Origin: an uncultured Pseudomonadota bacterium
Lineage (GTDB): Bacteria; Vulcanimicrobiota; Vulcanimicrobiia; Eremiobacterales; Eremiobacteraceae
Assembly: GCA_963736005.1 (NCBI GenBank)
Contig: CAVTNB010000001.1
Coordinates: forward strand, 64,001-128,000
Length of the DNA stretch: 64,000 nucleotides
Reading direction: 5' to 3'
Shown here: in pieces, positions 8,947 to 19,423 of the stretch
Layout: every line of letters starts with the position of its first letter
Position numbering within the stretch: position 1 is the first letter of the stretch
Made by a program: the position numbers and the translations under genes
Notes under the pieces: generated by a model
The model's database searches: none
Told to the model about the DNA's origin: nothing
What the model saw: only the letters and a program-made list of their open reading frames with translations

Positions 8947-11345
8947 TTACTTTTCTGCAATCATTTCACCTAGCGCTTCTGGCGGCGATGGTTTCCCGAA
9001 GTAGTACCCCTGCAAGTAATCACAACCCAGATCGCCCAGGATTCGTGCCTGCGCCTCGGTCTCTACTCCCTCAGCTACCACCTGCATTCGCAGTCCGCGA
9101 GCAATGCTGACAATCGCGCTAGAAATCAAAACATCGGCTGGGTTTTTCTCCACCAATTGGACAAACGATTTATCAATCTTTAGTGAATTAATCGGCAAGC
9201 GTTTGAGATAGGCGAGCGATGAATAGCCAGTACCGAAATCATCGACAGATAGGTGAACGCCGAGGGCCTTAAGGCGCTCGAGCGTCGGTAATGTTGCCTC
9301 CGTCATAAGCACGGACTCAGTAATTTCCAGTACCAGATACTTGGGAGGCATTTGTGCATCGCGCAGCGCGTTTTCCACCATTTCCACAAAATCAAAGCGT
9401 TCAAGTTGCTTACCTGAAATATTGGCGGCCAGATGGATGTGCCGTGCTCCATCGTCGCGCCACGATCGCCACTGGGCACAGGCCGATCGCAGTACCCATT
9501 CCCCTATACTGGCAATTAAGCCAGATTGTTCGGCGATCTGGATGAAGTGAGCTGGGAGAATTTCCAGCGTGTTCTTAGGCTGCCAGCGAACGAGCGCTTC
9601 TGCCGCGACTACCAATCCCGACCCAGTTTGGATGATCGGTTGATATCGCAGCAGCAGCTCGTTTCGCTTGACCGCATAGCGTAAACCCTGCTCGATGGAT
9701 TGACGGTGGACTGCGTGCTCATGAATAGGCTCGCTAAAAAACTGGAACAAAGTTCGCGCCTTAGTCTTTCCTTGATACATTGCCATGTCAGCGTCGCGAA
9801 TCAGCTGGGTTGCATCGCCACCATCGTGGGGATAGACACTTATCCCCATTGTTGCCGTGAAAAAGAGTTCGCGTTCGCCGACCGTGAGAGACTGTTCAAA
9901 GATGCGCAGAATGTGCTGGGCGGCGTTGACTATGTCCGACACATCTTGCATGTTGGGTATGACGATGATAAACTCGTCGCCACCGATCCGCGACACCGTA
10001 TCACCTGGACGTACACACCCTCGAATCCTTTGTGCCATGATTCTTAGCACGTCGTCGCCGATCGACTGGCCTAATGCGTCATTAACCCACTTGAATCGAT
10101 CAACATCTAAATGGGCGATCGCAACCATTCGTCCAACGCGTTTACTCTGATGAACGGCTCGACGCAATCGATCCGAAAGCATCGAGTAATTGGGCAAACC
10201 TGTAAGCCAATCGTGCTTGGCCAAGTACTTGATGCGCTCTTCTGCATGTTTTCGTCGGTGATCTCCAACACTGTACCGACGAAACGCATCGGTAGACCGG
10301 CGTCATCGTAAGAATACTGGCCTTGTTCTTGTACCCAACGCGTCTTGCCATCTCGGCGAATGATCCGATGGTCGAGTTTGTACGGAACCCGGAGGGTTCG
10401 AGCCTGAGCGATAAGGATTCTTACTCTATCCGTGTCGTCGGGATGGTCATGTTTCCACAACTTGTCGGGTTGAGGCACATCTATGCCGGGGTTCATTCCG
10501 TAGATCTCATACAGTTCCGGCGACCACTCGCAACGACCGGTCACGAGATCCAAATCCCAACTTCCAAGGCGAGCGATCTGTTGAGCGCGTGCGAGCGCCT
10601 CGCTGCGACGCCGCAATTCATCTTCCAGTGCCCTTCGGTCGCTAACATCGGTGACTATTCCCGTCACCCGGATTGGTTTTGTTTGCTCATCGAGTTCAGG
10701 TACGGCGAAACCAAGGATTATGCGCTCGGACCCATCAGGCCGTATGATTCTGCACTCGATTTCATACGGCTCACCGGAGGCTAGTGCACCGGTTAGCGCA
10801 GTCTCGAATCTTGTCCGGTCTTGAGCGTGGATTTGAAGTACGAATTCGGCAAACCCGATCGAAGCTTGCGGTTCATGCCCAAAGATTTTGTATACTTCAT
10901 CTGTACATGACAACTTGTTGGTTGCGATTTCCCACTCGAAAACTCCGGTCTTTGCGAATGTAAGAACCCTCGAAAGTGTTGAACGCGTCCTGACATGTTC
11001 AGTAACGTCTTCAACCACTGCAAATATAGCATCTATTCCCCTCCAGCGTATCGGCGCTATGGCCACATGGACATCAATAAGTTTACCATCGCGCTTGCGG
11101 TGGGTTGATGAATAGAGCTCCTGCGCACCTTTTGGAAGATTACCTAGTCGTCGCCATAGCTCTTCCTCAGATCCTACGCGAATATTCGTAACAAGCATAT
11201 CCAAGAATTCGTCGCGCGTGTAACCGTAGAGGCTGGTAGCTGCTCGATTTACATCGACAAAACGAAGCGATTCAGGATCATGGACGAACATCGGGAACGG
11301 TGCCTCGTCAAAAAGAACAGACTCACTTCCCGAAGGCATAGTCAT
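8947..11345 (-). CDS. PAS x3-GGDEF-EAL diguanylate cyclase/phosphodiesterase, frameshift near 10254
   Basis: PAS/PAC repeats in ORF 10107..11345; RIGGDEF, AEALVRW and DDFGTGYSS in 8947..10224. One added base restores ITDRKHAEERIKYLAKHD. Confidence 0.9.
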
Positions 11346-11783
11346 TTAGTGTAAACTTTGAAATTGTAGCTTATTATGATCCATTTCACTGAGTGCTGAA
11401 TCGAAATGGTCGAACCGAGGGCGAGCTGATGTAGTGCAGCAGCTCCAGCCACCCGAAACTCTTAGGGAGTCATGCCATAACGTGGATCGAACGTTACTCC
11501 CCACCTCGATGCTATCTTGATATGCGCATTCTGTGGTAACGGCTCGGTCAAAGTCTATACCGTTGAGAGCTAGATTGCTGACACGCACGGGAAATTCGTC
11601 GGCGTCGAGCCGTTTGACAAGAAAATCGGTTGCGCCGAGCCTAAATGCTTTGAACCTTACATCTATAGAATCGCACGCTTCCGTAGCTGTTACAAAGTAG
11701 ACGAATGCCAAACCGTTGATCCGCTTGAGCATCTGCTTGTAATGCTCATGATTACATCGATCACCATCGACTGCGAGTATCAT
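11346..11783 (-). pseudogene. Degenerate response-regulator receiver domain
   Basis: ILAVDGD and KAFRLGATDFLVK motifs, but the central phosphoacceptor segment appears deleted. Confidence 0.55.
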
Positions 11784-11894
11784 TTATCGAGACCACACCT
11801 TCTCTAATGCCGCTCGGCCGCCCAGGGCCCGGTTATCAGAGTCGCGAAAGCTGTACAATTCTAACGATTATAGAAATGCTCGCTCGTGCGACTA

Positions 11895-11910
11895 TGTAAG
11901 CAATCTTACA
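11895..11910. promoter_or_regulatory. CRP/NtcA-like palindrome
   Basis: TGTAAGCAATCTTACA (TGTAA-N6-TTACA) in the divergent intergenic region before a Crp/Fnr gene. Confidence 0.55.
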
Positions 11911-11985
11911 AAACGTAAAGCCGCTGCTACTTTTCTCGGTCCGCTGACCTCCTAGCTACAGCACAGCGCGTTGGAGGACTATGCC

Positions 11986-12728
11986 GTGATCGACCGCGAT
12001 AATCCATCCTCCAATAAAGTTTGGTGCGTCCAGCACACGCTTCTAGAGGCAATGTCTGCTAAGGAAAAAGCTGACGCAGCCCCCCTGTTTGCCACCATGC
12101 AACCTACGCGCCAAAATCAATGATATTTACACCTGACGAGCACGCCGACCGGATCTACCTCATTATGTCTGGCCACGTACGTCTTTACATGATTCACGAG
12201 GGGGGTAAAGAAATATCACTCGCTCTATTGGGCCCGGGCGATATATTTGGAGAATTGGCTTTATTCGTCGAGGTACAACGAACACGATTTGCTCAAGCCT
12301 TTGACACAGTCGTGCTGCAATTTGCCCCCACCGACAAATTTCTCGAAAACATTAAGGATCGTCCCGACCTGATAATGGAAATCGCGGCGATCATCAGCCG
12401 TAGAGTCATCAGAGCGGAAATGCAAATTGAGAATCTCGCCTACACTAGCGTCCCAGGCCGTCTCCATGCCGTGCTTCTCGAACTCGTCAATCGCTTTGGT
12501 GAGCCCTCTGATGAGGGGATGATAATCCCGCTGCGGTTATCACAACAAGAACTTGCCAGCTTCGCCGGAACAACACGCGAGTCGTGCTCGGTCGCCCTTC
12601 GCAAACTTGTGCGCAATGGCACGATTAAATTGACGAAGGACCGTCGCATCATCGTCACAGATCGTGGTCGTTTACGAGCAGGCATGGGTGATCGATTGCG
12701 CGCGGCATTCAGAATCCGATCTGCCTAA
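11986..12728 (+). CDS. Crp/Fnr family transcriptional regulator (frameshift near 12100)
   Basis: cNMP-binding GDIFGELAL and HTH LSQQELASFAGTTRESCS in 12120..12728. An upstream frame MIDRDNPSSNKVW.. follows a GGAGG RBS. Confidence 0.85.
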
Positions 12729-12968
12729 CCTGGATCGCAACCGAGTAGGACGCGATGTCGTGGGAAGCAATGACAACCATCGCTTTGCAACAGCGACATC
12801 TCCGGCAGTCGATTTTAAGATGCCGCCAGTTGTTACGTCGCTCCACGAATTGGACGAGTTGCTATCCGCTCGCGGTTCATCGGCCGATAGAGAGGTCACG
12901 TGAATGCGGAAGATTACCCGGTGTAGCATAAGTGTAGCATAAGGGGCGTATATCGGCAGACATCTAGC

Positions 12969-13014
12969 CCTGTCACGCAGGAGGTCGTGGGTTCGAGCCC
13001 CATCAGCGTCGCCA
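12969..13014 (+). repeat. att core: 3' half of tRNA-Asp, copy 3
   Basis: 46/46 identical to 1638..1683, preceded by tandem TGTAGCATAA (12922..12942), followed by hairpin 13020..13048. Confidence 0.95.
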
Positions 13015-13094
13015 CTCAAAAGCCCATGAAATTTTACTTCATGGGCTTCATCATTTTGCTCACCATCCACCGGTGTAGCATAAGGGGCGGACAT

Positions 13095-13480
13095 TTGTTC
13101 ACGGAACAGGTCTTCAAGTGCCTCCGTGGCTTTCTCTCTGCATCGAAGGCACAACATGTCCGTGTGGATCGAGCGTGATGCGGATAAAACGGCCAAGGCG
13201 CTCGGAAACGATCTTCGCGTTCACCCGGCGCTAAAGAGCAGGGTAGCGTGGGTGTGGCACTGGTCGTGTAGTCGCATGTGGGGCAGCTTGCAATCTCGAG
13301 AATCTTATTGAAGGACCGTTGGCGAAGATTGTCTCTCGAATTGGCCCGCCGTCGGAGTCAGTAAACACGAAGGATCCAAGCTTGCCGTTTGCCTCCAGCG
13401 CATCGCGGTAGTCGCCCAACTGAGAGAGGATGCTGGGCCGCACGTCGATGCGGCGCCGAGCCCGAACCTTAGGGTGGAGG
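13095..13480 (-). pseudogene. Tyrosine integrase C-terminal catalytic region, multiply frameshifted
   Basis: Spliced frames read PKVRARRRID..FVFTDSDGGPIR / NLRQRSFNKILE / KLPHMRLHDQCHTHATLLFSAG / VNAKIVSERLGRFIRITLDPHGHVVPSMQRE, a degenerate HxLRH...LGH...Y box II. Confidence 0.85.
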
Positions 13481-13503
13481 ACTGAGTGTTCTTTGGCCTC
13501 GTT

Positions 13504-13713
13504 TTAGCGTCGCGCTCTCGCTAGGATTTCAGCAAAGTACGAATCGGAAACCGTATGCAGCGGCCCCGGACCGATATCGTGTCGAAAAAACAGTTCTTCC
13601 TCCATCGACAGCCATGCAGCCTCAGCCTGCTCTGGTGAGCACCCCTTATGCGCCTTGATGTATTCCGCGATAAAGGCCGCGTAGATCTCTCTCATGTGTA
13701 AGCGTTTGGACAT
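13504..13713 (-). CDS. Hypothetical protein
   Basis: 69-aa ORF with natural-looking composition. Confidence 0.45.
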   Translation of the reverse strand: MSKRLHMREIYAAFIAEYIKAHKGCSPEQAEAAWLSMEEELFFRHDIGPGPLHTVSDSYFAEILARARR

Positions 13714-13798
13714 AAGCTATGCTGCCATAATTCTTACAGGAGCTGAATCAGCCCCAAGGTGTAGCATAAGCGTAGCATTAGGCGCGGATATCGGCGGA

Positions 13799-13831
13799 AG
13801 GTCGTGGGTTCGAGTCGCATTAGCGTCGCCA
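13799..13831 (+). repeat. Degenerate att core, copy 4
   Basis: 30/33 match to 1651..1683, preceded by TGTAGCATAA-G-CGTAGCATTA, followed by hairpin 13835..13865. Confidence 0.85.
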
Positions 13832-13945
13832 GTCGAAGGCCCATGAGTCCCACTCATGGGTCTTCATTATATAGGGTTACTACGTCCGCTCCCGGTCGGC
13901 GATCGGACAGGTCCCGCAAAGCGGGCAGGCGAAATCTTCAACCGA

Positions 13946-16714
13946 ATGGCAGCTGAAAGCGGCGCCGAGCAAATAAAGAGCCCGGCCTCCTTACCTACTG
14001 GCACCGTCACCTTTTTGTTTTCTGACATAGAAGGCTCCAGCCAGCGCTGGGAGCAGCATCGCGAGGCAATGAAAGCCGCCGTCGCCCGTCAGGAACAGCT
14101 GATGAACGCGGCGATTACATCCCACGCCGGTTACGTCTTCAAAACGATGGGCGATGCCTTCTGCGCCGCATTTCCGACTGCCCCTCAAGCTGTCAGTGCG
14201 GCGATCTATGCGCAGCGCTCACTTGCCAAGCAAGACTTCTCAAGCATCGGTGGGCTGGGTGTACGCATGGGCCTGCACACCGGATATGCAGACGAACGCA
14301 ACGCCGATTACTTTGGACCCGCTGTTAACCGGGTTGCGCGACTTATGTCGATCGGTCACGGCGGTCAGGTACTCTTATCTGGAAGCACCCGTGAGCTGGC
14401 CCATAGCGATCTTCCCACCGGCGTATCGTTGATCGACCTCGGCTCCCATCGGCTTAGGGACCTCACCGAACCCGAAGAAGTATGGCAGCTGAAGATCGAT
14501 GGTGTGCCGGCAGACTTTCCTCCGCTTCGGTCGCTTGATGCGCTGCCTAACAATCTGCCCATTCAGCGGACAACTTTCATCGGTCGCGACCAGGATGTTG
14601 CCGCAGTCAAACAGCTCGTCAGCCGTCATCGCTTGCTCACGCTGGTTGGATCCGGTGGCGTAGGCAAGACACGCGTTGCCTTACAAGTCGGAGCCGATCT
14701 GCTCGATCAGTATCCGGATGGAGTCTGGTTCGCAGACTTCGCACCGATAACCGACCCCGAACTCGTCTCCAGCGTCATCGCCCAAGTGCTGGGTATGAGC
14801 CAGCACGAAGGCAAGCGGATTGACGAATCGATTCCACCCTGGCTCAAGCGAAAGAAGCTCGTACTCATCCTCGACAACTGCGAGCACGTGCTCGAGCCAG
14901 TTGCTGCACTCGCAGCTGCCATCATCGGCACGGCTCCGGACGTACGAATCGTGAACACCTCGCGTCAAGTGCTCGACATCAGCGGCGAAGAGGTCTTCCG
15001 TGTTCCCTCGCTCGACGTGCCACATTCGATCGCCGACCTCACGCCAGCTGGGGTTGCGCAGTTCGGAGCCGTGGCGCTCTTTGTCGATCGAGCGAGGTCG
15101 GTGGATAAGTCCTTCACGCTCACGGACGACACAGCACCTATTGTCGCCGATATCTGTCGCCGGTTGGATGGTATCCCACTTGCGATCGAGCTTGCCGCGG
15201 CTCGCGTAAAGGTCCTTTCAGTTCCCAATCTCGCTCAGCGGCTCAACGAACGATTTAAGCTCCTCACGGGTGGAAGCCGAGACGTTCTGCCGCGCCAAAA
15301 AACGTTAGTCGCTCTCATCGATTGGAGTTACGATCTGCTGACCCCGCAAGAGCAGATGCTATTCTTGCGGCTGGGAATTTTTGCAGGCGGGTTTGCGTTG
15401 GAGGCGGCAACACGAGTGTGCGGCGGTGGCGGCCTTGATGAGATCGAGATCTTGGACTTGCTTGCCTCATTGACGGACAAGTCGCTGGTGGTCGCCGACA
15501 CCTCGGGGAAGCAGGAGCGCTATCATCTGCTGGAGTCCACGCGCGCATATGCCCTGGAGAAGCTCGACACGGCCGAGCGCGAACGCTTGGCCCGCGCCCA
15601 TGCCGAGTATTTCAGCGCGCTGGCGCACGAAGCGGACGGACGCTACGGCACGGGCTCGACGTTCGGCTGGCTGGCGGATGTGGAACGAGAGCTTGACAAT
15701 TTCAGGGCAGCGCTGGAGTGGGGACTGACGCAGGGACACGACGCGGTGCTTGTCGCTGCCATCGCCGGCGGGCTGGAACAATTCTGGTATCGGAACGGTC
15801 TTGCCGTCGAGGGCCGGTATTGGATCGAGCGGGCGCTCGAGCGTACGGAGAGCGCTGGACAGCCGCTCATCGTGGCAAGACTCCTGTACGCACAGTCATG
15901 GCTTGTACCGGCCAAGCGAGCCCTTGAGGCTGCTAAACGAGCTGTCAATCTCTATGAATCTGGAGGTGACCGCCGAGGCGCCGCGCATGCGCGAGCGACA
16001 TTAGCATTCAGCCTGAATCAGGCTGGACGGTTAGACGAGGCGGACGAAGCGATAACGCAGGCGCTCGCAGTGATGCAAGAATATAAGGATAAGCACGGTA
16101 TCGCCAAGTGTTGGCGATACAAAGGCGCCATCACAGGTACCAGAGGTGCAAGGGCCGAGGCGCGAGACTTCTATGACAAGTCACTTGCTATCCTGAGGGA
16201 GATCGGGGATGAAATCGGGCTGAGCCTTGTTCACGCCAACGTTGGAGAGATCGAGTTTGCAGAAGGGCACGCTCAGGAAGCACTGCAGGCGGCGACCGAT
16301 GCGCTTGCGTTGCGTCGCGCATTAGACAAGGACGCCTCAGCTACTTCCAATGCCAACAGAGCCGCCTATCAGATCGCGCTCAATAACTTAACGGGAGCGC
16401 ACGCATCGGCGCGAGAGTCTCTTCGCCTTTCACGCGAAGTTCAAAACGCGTATACGACCGCGATCTCGCTGCAACATTTTGCCTCGCTCGGGGCCCTCCA
16501 GGGAAAGATTCAAAGCGCCGCACAGCTCTTGGGCTACGTCGATGTGCAGTACAAAGAGCTTGGCGCTACGCGCGAACCTACTGAGAAGTGGTGCTACGAT
16601 AAGACAGTGGTTGCGCTACGCGAACATCTCAGCGACGCGGAGATAGAGAAACTCTCGACGGAGGGTGCGGCGTGGTCAGAAGATCAGGCGGTCGAAGAAG
16701 CGCTCAAGGCGTAG
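13946..16714 (+). CDS. Class III adenylate/guanylate cyclase-STAND ATPase-TPR protein
   Basis: FLFSDIEGS, GDAF and GPAVNRVAR cyclase motifs; Walker A GSGGVGKT; LILDNCEH; LDGIPLAIELAAAR; C-terminal TPR-like repeats. Confidence 0.92.
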   Translation: MAAESGAEQIKSPASLPTGTVTFLFSDIEGSSQRWEQHREAMKAAVARQEQLMNAAITSHAGYVFKTMGDAFCAAFPTAPQAVSAAIYAQRSLAKQDFSSIGGLGVRMGLHTGYADERNADYFGPAVNRVARLMSIGHGGQVLLSGSTRELAHSDLPTGVSLIDLGSHRLRDLTEPEEVWQLKIDGVPADFPPLRSLDALPNNLPIQRTTFIGRDQDVAAVKQLVSRHRLLTLVGSGGVGKTRVALQVGADLLDQYPDGVWFADFAPITDPELVSSVIAQVLGMSQHEGKRIDESIPPWLKRKKLVLILDNCEHVLEPVAALAAAIIGTAPDVRIVNTSRQVLDISGEEVFRVPSLDVPHSIADLTPAGVAQFGAVALFVDRARSVDKSFTLTDDTAPIVADICRRLDGIPLAIELAAARVKVLSVPNLAQRLNERFKLLTGGSRDVLPRQKTLVALIDWSYDLLTPQEQMLFLRLGIFAGGFALEAATRVCGGGGLDEIEILDLLASLTDKSLVVADTSGKQERYHLLESTRAYALEKLDTAERERLARAHAEYFSALAHEADGRYGTGSTFGWLADVERELDNFRAALEWGLTQGHDAVLVAAIAGGLEQFWYRNGLAVEGRYWIERALERTESAGQPLIVARLLYAQSWLVPAKRALEAAKRAVNLYESGGDRRGAAHARATLAFSLNQAGRLDEADEAITQALAVMQEYKDKHGIAKCWRYKGAITGTRGARAEARDFYDKSLAILREIGDEIGLSLVHANVGEIEFAEGHAQEALQAATDALALRRALDKDASATSNANRAAYQIALNNLTGAHASARESLRLSREVQNAYTTAISLQHFASLGALQGKIQSAAQLLGYVDVQYKELGATREPTEKWCYDKTVVALREHLSDAEIEKLSTEGAAWSEDQAVEEALKA

Positions 16715-16726
16715 CATAAGGAAAAT

Positions 16727-17137
16727 ATGAACGCCTCCAAACAGATCGATAAGTTGATCCGGGACACTGCTGACTGGCGCGGCGAAGTGTTAGCTAAACT
16801 TCGAAAGGTCATTCTAGGTGCTGACGCTGGGATCGTCGAGGAGTGGAAGTGGATGGGCACGCCGACGTACTATAAGAACAGCGTGATCTGCATTATGAAT
16901 CCGCATAAGGGTAAGGTGAAGCTCGTCTTCTCTGACGGCGCGGCGTTTCGAGACCCTGATAAGCTTTTCAACTCAATGCTCGAGGGCAACAAGTGGCGAG
17001 CGATCGACTTTTTCGAGGGCGACAGGATCAACGAGCGCGCTCTGAAAGCCCTCCTTAAAGAAGCCCTTGCGTGCGACGAGTCGAAAGCGAAGAAGTCAGC
17101 GAGCAAAGCAAAATCCAAGCCTCGAAGGTCAAAGTAG
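16727..17137 (+). CDS. DUF1801 (YdhG-like) protein
   Basis: DWRGEVL..EEWKWMGTP..DPDKLFNSMLEGNKWRAID. Confidence 0.85.
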   Translation: MNASKQIDKLIRDTADWRGEVLAKLRKVILGADAGIVEEWKWMGTPTYYKNSVICIMNPHKGKVKLVFSDGAAFRDPDKLFNSMLEGNKWRAIDFFEGDRINERALKALLKEALACDESKAKKSASKAKSKPRRSK

Positions 17138-17207
17138 ATTGAGGTTGTATCGCGAAGAATTTCGCCCCGGGATATTCTTCTCCGGTCACGATACCTCCAT
17201 CATCGCA

Positions 17208-17456
17208 TCAAGACTCAGCGTGGTCCCTACTCAAGCGATCGTGCTCGACGCGATTTTGAGTTGAGGCGCGGCGCACGCTATCCGCAAGAAGAATCGCGAG
17301 ACCCATGAACAGAACAATCGGGCGCACGCTGGCGTTGGCGACGTGTGGGAGCACGAACCACACGAGCAACAACCAGACGCAGATCGATAGCGACAATGCA
17401 CCGTCTTCAACGAACAGTCCGTAGATCTGTCTCGATACGCTCGTGAACCAGGTCAT
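17208..17456 (-). CDS. Small membrane protein
   Basis: Two TM segments, overlaps the stop of the upstream gene by 4 bp. Confidence 0.7.
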   Translation of the reverse strand: MTWFTSVSRQIYGLFVEDGALSLSICVWLLLVWFVLPHVANASVRPIVLFMGLAILLADSVRRASTQNRVEHDRLSRDHAES

Positions 17457-18223
17457 GTCGCTGAAACTGGCGCTCTGCGCTGTGGCCGTGGCTGCGACCG
17501 CCGGCAGAGCACAATCGTGACCAACGAAGTGAAGAGATAGCCCACGACGAGGCCGACGATGGCTACGTCCTTACCGATCCATTTCAAGCCTAGCCCCTCG
17601 CCGAACCAGAAGGTGCCGAATGCGGAAAGCAAGATCCCTACGGCGAACTTGAGGCCGTTTTCGGGCACGTGCGAGAGCGGACGCTGCAACACGGCGCCTG
17701 CCGTTACCACTAAAACTCCGGCGACCGCGGCCCCCACGCTCGCCGGTATGAGCGCGTTGGCCGTGGCGCCGACCGCGATCACAATGAATACCACTTCGAG
17801 GCCCTCAAGGGTCACCGATTTGAATGATGCTAGAAACCCGATGACGTCCAGACCTCTTGGACTCCCGCCGTTCGCGGCCTGCAATTCCCGCTTCTCCTGC
17901 TCGAACGCACTTGTTTCGTCGTGCATACCAATCGCGCCGCTCGCCCGGAGTATCGCTTTGCGCAACCAACGCATGCCGAAGAGAATGAGCAACCAACCGA
18001 CGGCAATCTGCAGCCACGTGATTGGGAATCGGCTCAGCAGTGGGCCGAAGATCAGCACGAGCAATCCGAGCAGCGCGATCGCCGCGGCCGAACCAATGAG
18101 CGCCGACCGCCAGCCTCGCGTAATACCGACCGCGAGTACAACCGTTAACGCCTCGACGAACTCGACCATGGAAGCCAAGAACGCGGGCAGCGTCGCGGTC
18201 CAGACCTGCGTCATAGGATGCAT
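17453..18223 (-). CDS. COG4280-type membrane protein (FTR1/GDT1-like; putative metal transport)
   Basis: VEFVEALTVVLAVG and LEGLEVVFIVIA repeated ExxE motifs, 6-7 TM segments. Confidence 0.75.
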   Translation of the reverse strand: MHPMTQVWTATLPAFLASMVEFVEALTVVLAVGITRGWRSALIGSAAAIALLGLLVLIFGPLLSRFPITWLQIAVGWLLILFGMRWLRKAILRASGAIGMHDETSAFEQEKRELQAANGGSPRGLDVIGFLASFKSVTLEGLEVVFIVIAVGATANALIPASVGAAVAGVLVVTAGAVLQRPLSHVPENGLKFAVGILLSAFGTFWFGEGLGLKWIGKDVAIVGLVVGYLFTSLVTIVLCRRSQPRPQRRAPVSAT

Positions 18224-18286
18224 AATTTAGTCTCTCCCAGCCAGCTACTGCCTAGGCGCCCAGCGTGCCGCGATAAACTGTTGCTT

Positions 18287-18688
18287 TCATATTTTACCTA
18301 AATATTGCCCGTCGCTGACTTTCTCTAACCAGTCGACGTTCTTGCCGTCGAGCTTCTCTTGGATGGCGATATGCGTCATCGCAGTGGTCGGTGTCGCACC
18401 ATGCCAATGTTTCTCATTAGGCGCAATCAACACAACGTCGCCCGGGCGAATTTCCTCGATAGGGCCGTCCCAGCGCTGTACGCGGCCGCAACCGGTCGTC
18501 ACGATCAGGGTTTGTCCCAGCGGATGCGTGTGCCACGCGGTTCGAGCGCAGGGCTCAAACGTGACGCTCGCACCGGTGGCTCGGGCTGGATCATCCCTAT
18601 CAAAGAGGGGATCGACTCGGACGGTGCCAGTGAAATACGCTGCCGGCCCCTGCCCCGACGGCTGCGAGCCAACGCGTTTGATTTCCAT
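18287..18688 (-). CDS. Cupin domain protein
   Basis: [12 protein letters not shown] and EKHWHGA cupin motifs. Confidence 0.92.
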   Translation of the reverse strand: MEIKRVGSQPSGQGPAAYFTGTVRVDPLFDRDDPARATGASVTFEPCARTAWHTHPLGQTLIVTTGCGRVQRWDGPIEEIRPGDVVLIAPNEKHWHGATPTTAMTHIAIQEKLDGKNVDWLEKVSDGQYLGKI

Positions 18689-18707
18689 TGTAAATTCCTT
18701 TGGTTGA

Positions 18708-19370
18708 TTACCTCGATCCCGAGACGGTAAAGTTCTCGTTGTTTTTCCCGCGCAAAGATTTGCCGTCGGGCGACATTACAAGCGTATCGACATAGTGCCC
18801 TACCGTGTTGTCACCGAAGTCCCAGGTCACGGTGTATGCGCCTCCTCGACGAACCCAGCTTGCAGCGTGTCCACCTCCTCCGCTGACCTGACCGTTCGCA
18901 TAAAACGTGACCGCGCTTCCGTTGAACCACCTCCAGGTGCCAACGATGGGATCCGAATGGCTCGATGGGATCGGCGTGACCACGAGGACAGTGGCGGGGT
19001 TACAGGGCGCGAGCTTGACGACTTGATCGGGTTGATCGCTATGATATTTGCTGAACTGGCTGATCGCCGCATCGACAGCACCCTTCGAACGTTCGGTCCG
19101 TACGAGCCGGTAGTTCGGGTTGTGGTCGTATCGCGACGGCCGAGCGGAACCGACGTATTGGATGTTGCACGGCAACCAATCACCTGGGCCGATGCGGTAC
19201 GCCCAGACGCCGTAGCTCGTCTGCACCTGCGTGCTCGCCGACGCGCAACATGCCGACCATAACAGCATGATGACGACCCCTGCGTTAACCAAGGGGCTGC
19301 CTGCCGCTCGATGAATCGGCGGAGCAGTGGACATAAGTTGAGTAGCCCTTGCGAAACGTTGTTCAGCCAT
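18708..19370 (-). CDS. Secreted hypothetical protein
   Basis: Hydrophobic leader then a beta-rich region (DPIVGTWRW); start uncertain. Confidence 0.55.
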   Translation of the reverse strand: MAEQRFARATQLMSTAPPIHRAAGSPLVNAGVVIMLLWSACCASASTQVQTSYGVWAYRIGPGDWLPCNIQYVGSARPSRYDHNPNYRLVRTERSKGAVDAAISQFSKYHSDQPDQVVKLAPCNPATVLVVTPIPSSHSDPIVGTWRWFNGSAVTFYANGQVSGGGGHAASWVRRGGAYTVTWDFGDNTVGHYVDTLVMSPDGKSLRGKNNENFTVSGSR

Positions 19371-19423
19371 TAATCACCTGTGCCTTCTGGTTCGGTTAAG
19401 GGTTCAGACTAACTCTAACATAA

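Larger units (their letters stand above)
5034..13014. mobile_element. Island 2 at tRNA-Asp (decayed; c-di-GMP/Crp cargo)
   Basis: Lies between att copies at 4986 and 12969, visibly AT-richer than the rest, with many broken genes. Confidence 0.75.
13015..13831. mobile_element. Island 3 remnant with dead integrase
   Basis: Between att copies 3 and 4; contains an integrase C-terminal pseudogene. Confidence 0.75.

Noticed and set aside
1577..13196. ORFs with LMGLEPTTSCVTG or GDADGARTHDLLRDR (1577..1759, 1626..1832, 4837..5232, 4892..5119, 12672..13196)
   Set aside because: Antisense translations of the tRNA-Asp/att sequence, not a protein family.
1636..13831. CRISPR array or integron cassette array
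   Set aside because: The repeats are tRNA-derived with spacing of 0.8-8 kb; no cas genes, no intI and no attC-type structure were seen.
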